From: a virus
Lineage: Duplodnaviria; Caudoviricetes
Strand: one strand, 5' to 3'
IMG/VR virus record: IMGVR_UViG_3300036045_000012
Location: 1-56,277 of that record
Length of the DNA stretch: 56,277 nt
Of the stretch, positions 54,757-56,277 are shown in pieces. Within the stretch, counting starts at the first letter, position 1, and each line of letters starts with the position of its first letter. A program made the translations under genes and the position numbers. The notes beneath the pieces were generated by a model. It had not been told where the DNA came from and made no database searches. It worked only from the letters and a program-made list of their open reading frames with translations.

Positions 54757-55481
54757 TGGCGGAAATTACTGCGACCAACCCGACGACGGGTCACCGGATC
54801 GTTCTGAGAAACGGGCGATGGGAGCCTATGTCTCCAGATAAGGAAGGGCCGAGCTGGACGCCGCAGGATCGAGAACAGCTCGCCGCTGAGAGGGGAAAAC
54901 TTCAAACGGCGACCCGCGTAAGTGAGGCCGCAGACAGATTCCTTCAACACAATTACGAACGCGGCACAGGTGGCCCAGGATCAGATTTCATGATCCCACG
55001 ATGGTGGCAACCGAACCGACAAGCGATGGAGGGGCTTTCCGCTGAAATGGTGCGAGCCAACATTCAGCCTGGTACGTCCAGCACGATGAACTCGAACGCC
55101 GAGCAAGACTTGGCCCGTTCGCAGTATCTGAGTGTTCAAAATGCCGGCCCACTCAATCGAAAACGGGCAGAGGAACTTTCGAGAGAAAGATTTCGTCAGA
55201 CCGAGCGGTTCAACGCTATGGATCAGTGGCTGAAAGAACGCGGCTCCCTTACTGGGTTTGAACAGGCGTGGATGGCTCACGAGCCGCAGATCATGGCGAA
55301 ATTTCGTTATGTTCAGCCACCGACTTTTTCCCAACAAGCACAACAGCAGCAACAGCAACGGACGCAGCGCGCGACTCTCCCCCCTGTCGATCAACGCCAA
55401 GTCGGCCAAGTTTACCAAATGGCGAACGGTAGGGGCGGTCGATGGCTTGGTCCCGGCCGTGGCTTTGAGCCGGTGGACTGA
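54756..55481 (+). CDS. Internal virion / ejection protein
   Basis: TGATG coupling; TATNPTTGHRIVL.NGRW and C-terminal GQVY..WLG.GF motifs. Confidence 0.65.
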   Translation: MAEITATNPTTGHRIVLRNGRWEPMSPDKEGPSWTPQDREQLAAERGKLQTATRVSEAADRFLQHNYERGTGGPGSDFMIPRWWQPNRQAMEGLSAEMVRANIQPGTSSTMNSNAEQDLARSQYLSVQNAGPLNRKRAEELSRERFRQTERFNAMDQWLKERGSLTGFEQAWMAHEPQIMAKFRYVQPPTFSQQAQQQQQQRTQRATLPPVDQRQVGQVYQMANGRGGRWLGPGRGFEPVD

Positions 55482-56277
55482 TGGCCGAAGCCTACGACGA
55501 TGACGGAAACCCGATTGAGAAGCCTTTACACCGTGGCGTGCGCTACGACGACAATGGCAATCTCATCGGCGATACGCGCGGCCGCTACAACGACGTGCAC
55601 GGCTTCGGCGCGTCGCTCCGTCAGGGTTTCACCATCGGCCTTTCGGATGAGGCGGCCGGCGCTGGCGCGGGCGTCGGCAGGGCTATTCGCGGCCTGATCG
55701 AAGACGTTGGGTCAGGCAAGGTCAGAAATCTGAGTGATGCGGGAAGTTCTGTCGTCCGAAACTACGGCGAGGGCTATGCTGCCGGCGCCGGCGAGGAGCG
55801 CGCTTTTCTTGACGAGTTCCGCCGGCGTAAGCCCGGCGCTGCCCTGACGACAGAGATCGTGTCAGGGCTTGGCAGCGTGGGTGCGGCGGCGCCCGGAAGA
55901 GGTTTCGCGCAGAACTTCGCCACAAAGCGCCCTCTCGCGGCGGCGGCGGCCACCGGCGCGGGATTTGGCGTCGCTCATCGTGCGGCCACTGAGGTCGCGC
56001 CGGAAGATCGTTTTGACCCGGGCAATCTGGCCGAGAGCGGCGCCACTGGCGCTACTCTCGGCGCGGCGCTACACATGGGCGTCGGCGGCCTTCGCGATGT
56101 GCTTTCCCGTTTCGGTCTTAGCGCTGATGAGCGCGCCCTGCGCATGCTCGCGCGCGACCTACGCAACGGTAAGACGGACGAGCAAGACCTTATCAGGCGC
56201 GGCATGTCCAAGAAGGACGCCAGAGCCATTATCGCGGCTGGCGACGCGCCGCCGCTGACGGTTGAAGACATTGTCGG
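55481..56277 (+). CDS. N-terminal part of ~798-aa ejection protein continuing to 1732
   Basis: Open from ATG 55481 to contig end (MAEAYDDDG..QGFTIGLSDEA..); missed by ORF track. Confidence 0.8.
   Translation, partial: MAEAYDDDGNPIEKPLHRGVRYDDNGNLIGDTRGRYNDVHGFGASLRQGFTIGLSDEAAGAGAGVGRAIRGLIEDVGSGKVRNLSDAGSSVVRNYGEGYAAGAGEERAFLDEFRRRKPGAALTTEIVSGLGSVGAAAPGRGFAQNFATKRPLAAAAATGAGFGVAHRAATEVAPEDRFDPGNLAESGATGATLGAALHMGVGGLRDVLSRFGLSADERALRMLARDLRNGKTDEQDLIRRGMSKKDARAIIAAGDAPPLTVEDIV
56152..56277. repeat. Terminal direct repeat (copy 2)
   Basis: Identical to 7-132. Confidence 0.95.

Overview
The window is an apparently complete, circular (~56,145 bp unique) GC-rich temperate phage genome with P22/podovirus-like morphogenesis genes. 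Positions 7-132 are repeated at 56152-56277 and one ORF runs across the join. An alphaproteobacterial host, possibly Caulobacterales-like, is inferred from a GTTC-N7-GTTC LexA box, CtrA-like boxes and GcrA-/DnaA_C-like HTH domains. Layout: DNA-ejection proteins (53060-5508 across the join, ending in a 1259-aa polyvalent ART/HTH/PG-binding protein); tailspike; holin/spanin cassette with no recognisable endolysin; accessory region (10.2-19.6 kb) with membrane-protein morons, candidate structured RNAs, deletion relics (DUF3800, HerA-like ATPase) and a 3.1-kb IS1595 element carrying an ABC-ATPase + TOPRIM-like (PARIS-like) pair; intact attP made of a promoter plus the 5' half of tRNA-Thr(GGT); integrase/excisionase; long early-left operon (MTase, HNH, possible Acb2/Tad1-like sponge, Exo/ERF); cI/cro switch with five operators; initiator with iterons and a split Twinkle-like primase-helicase; DnaA_C-type regulator; terminase, portal, scaffold, capsid, tail genes and an AspH hydroxylase + GNAT pair. 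The most notable unannotated signal is a six-copy late-promoter motif (AAyCCGC-N18-nATAmT, mostly leaderless), which with the CtrA-box-preceded DnaA_C regulator suggests a host-cell-cycle-coupled late switch. All family calls are by eye from motifs; no database searches were run.
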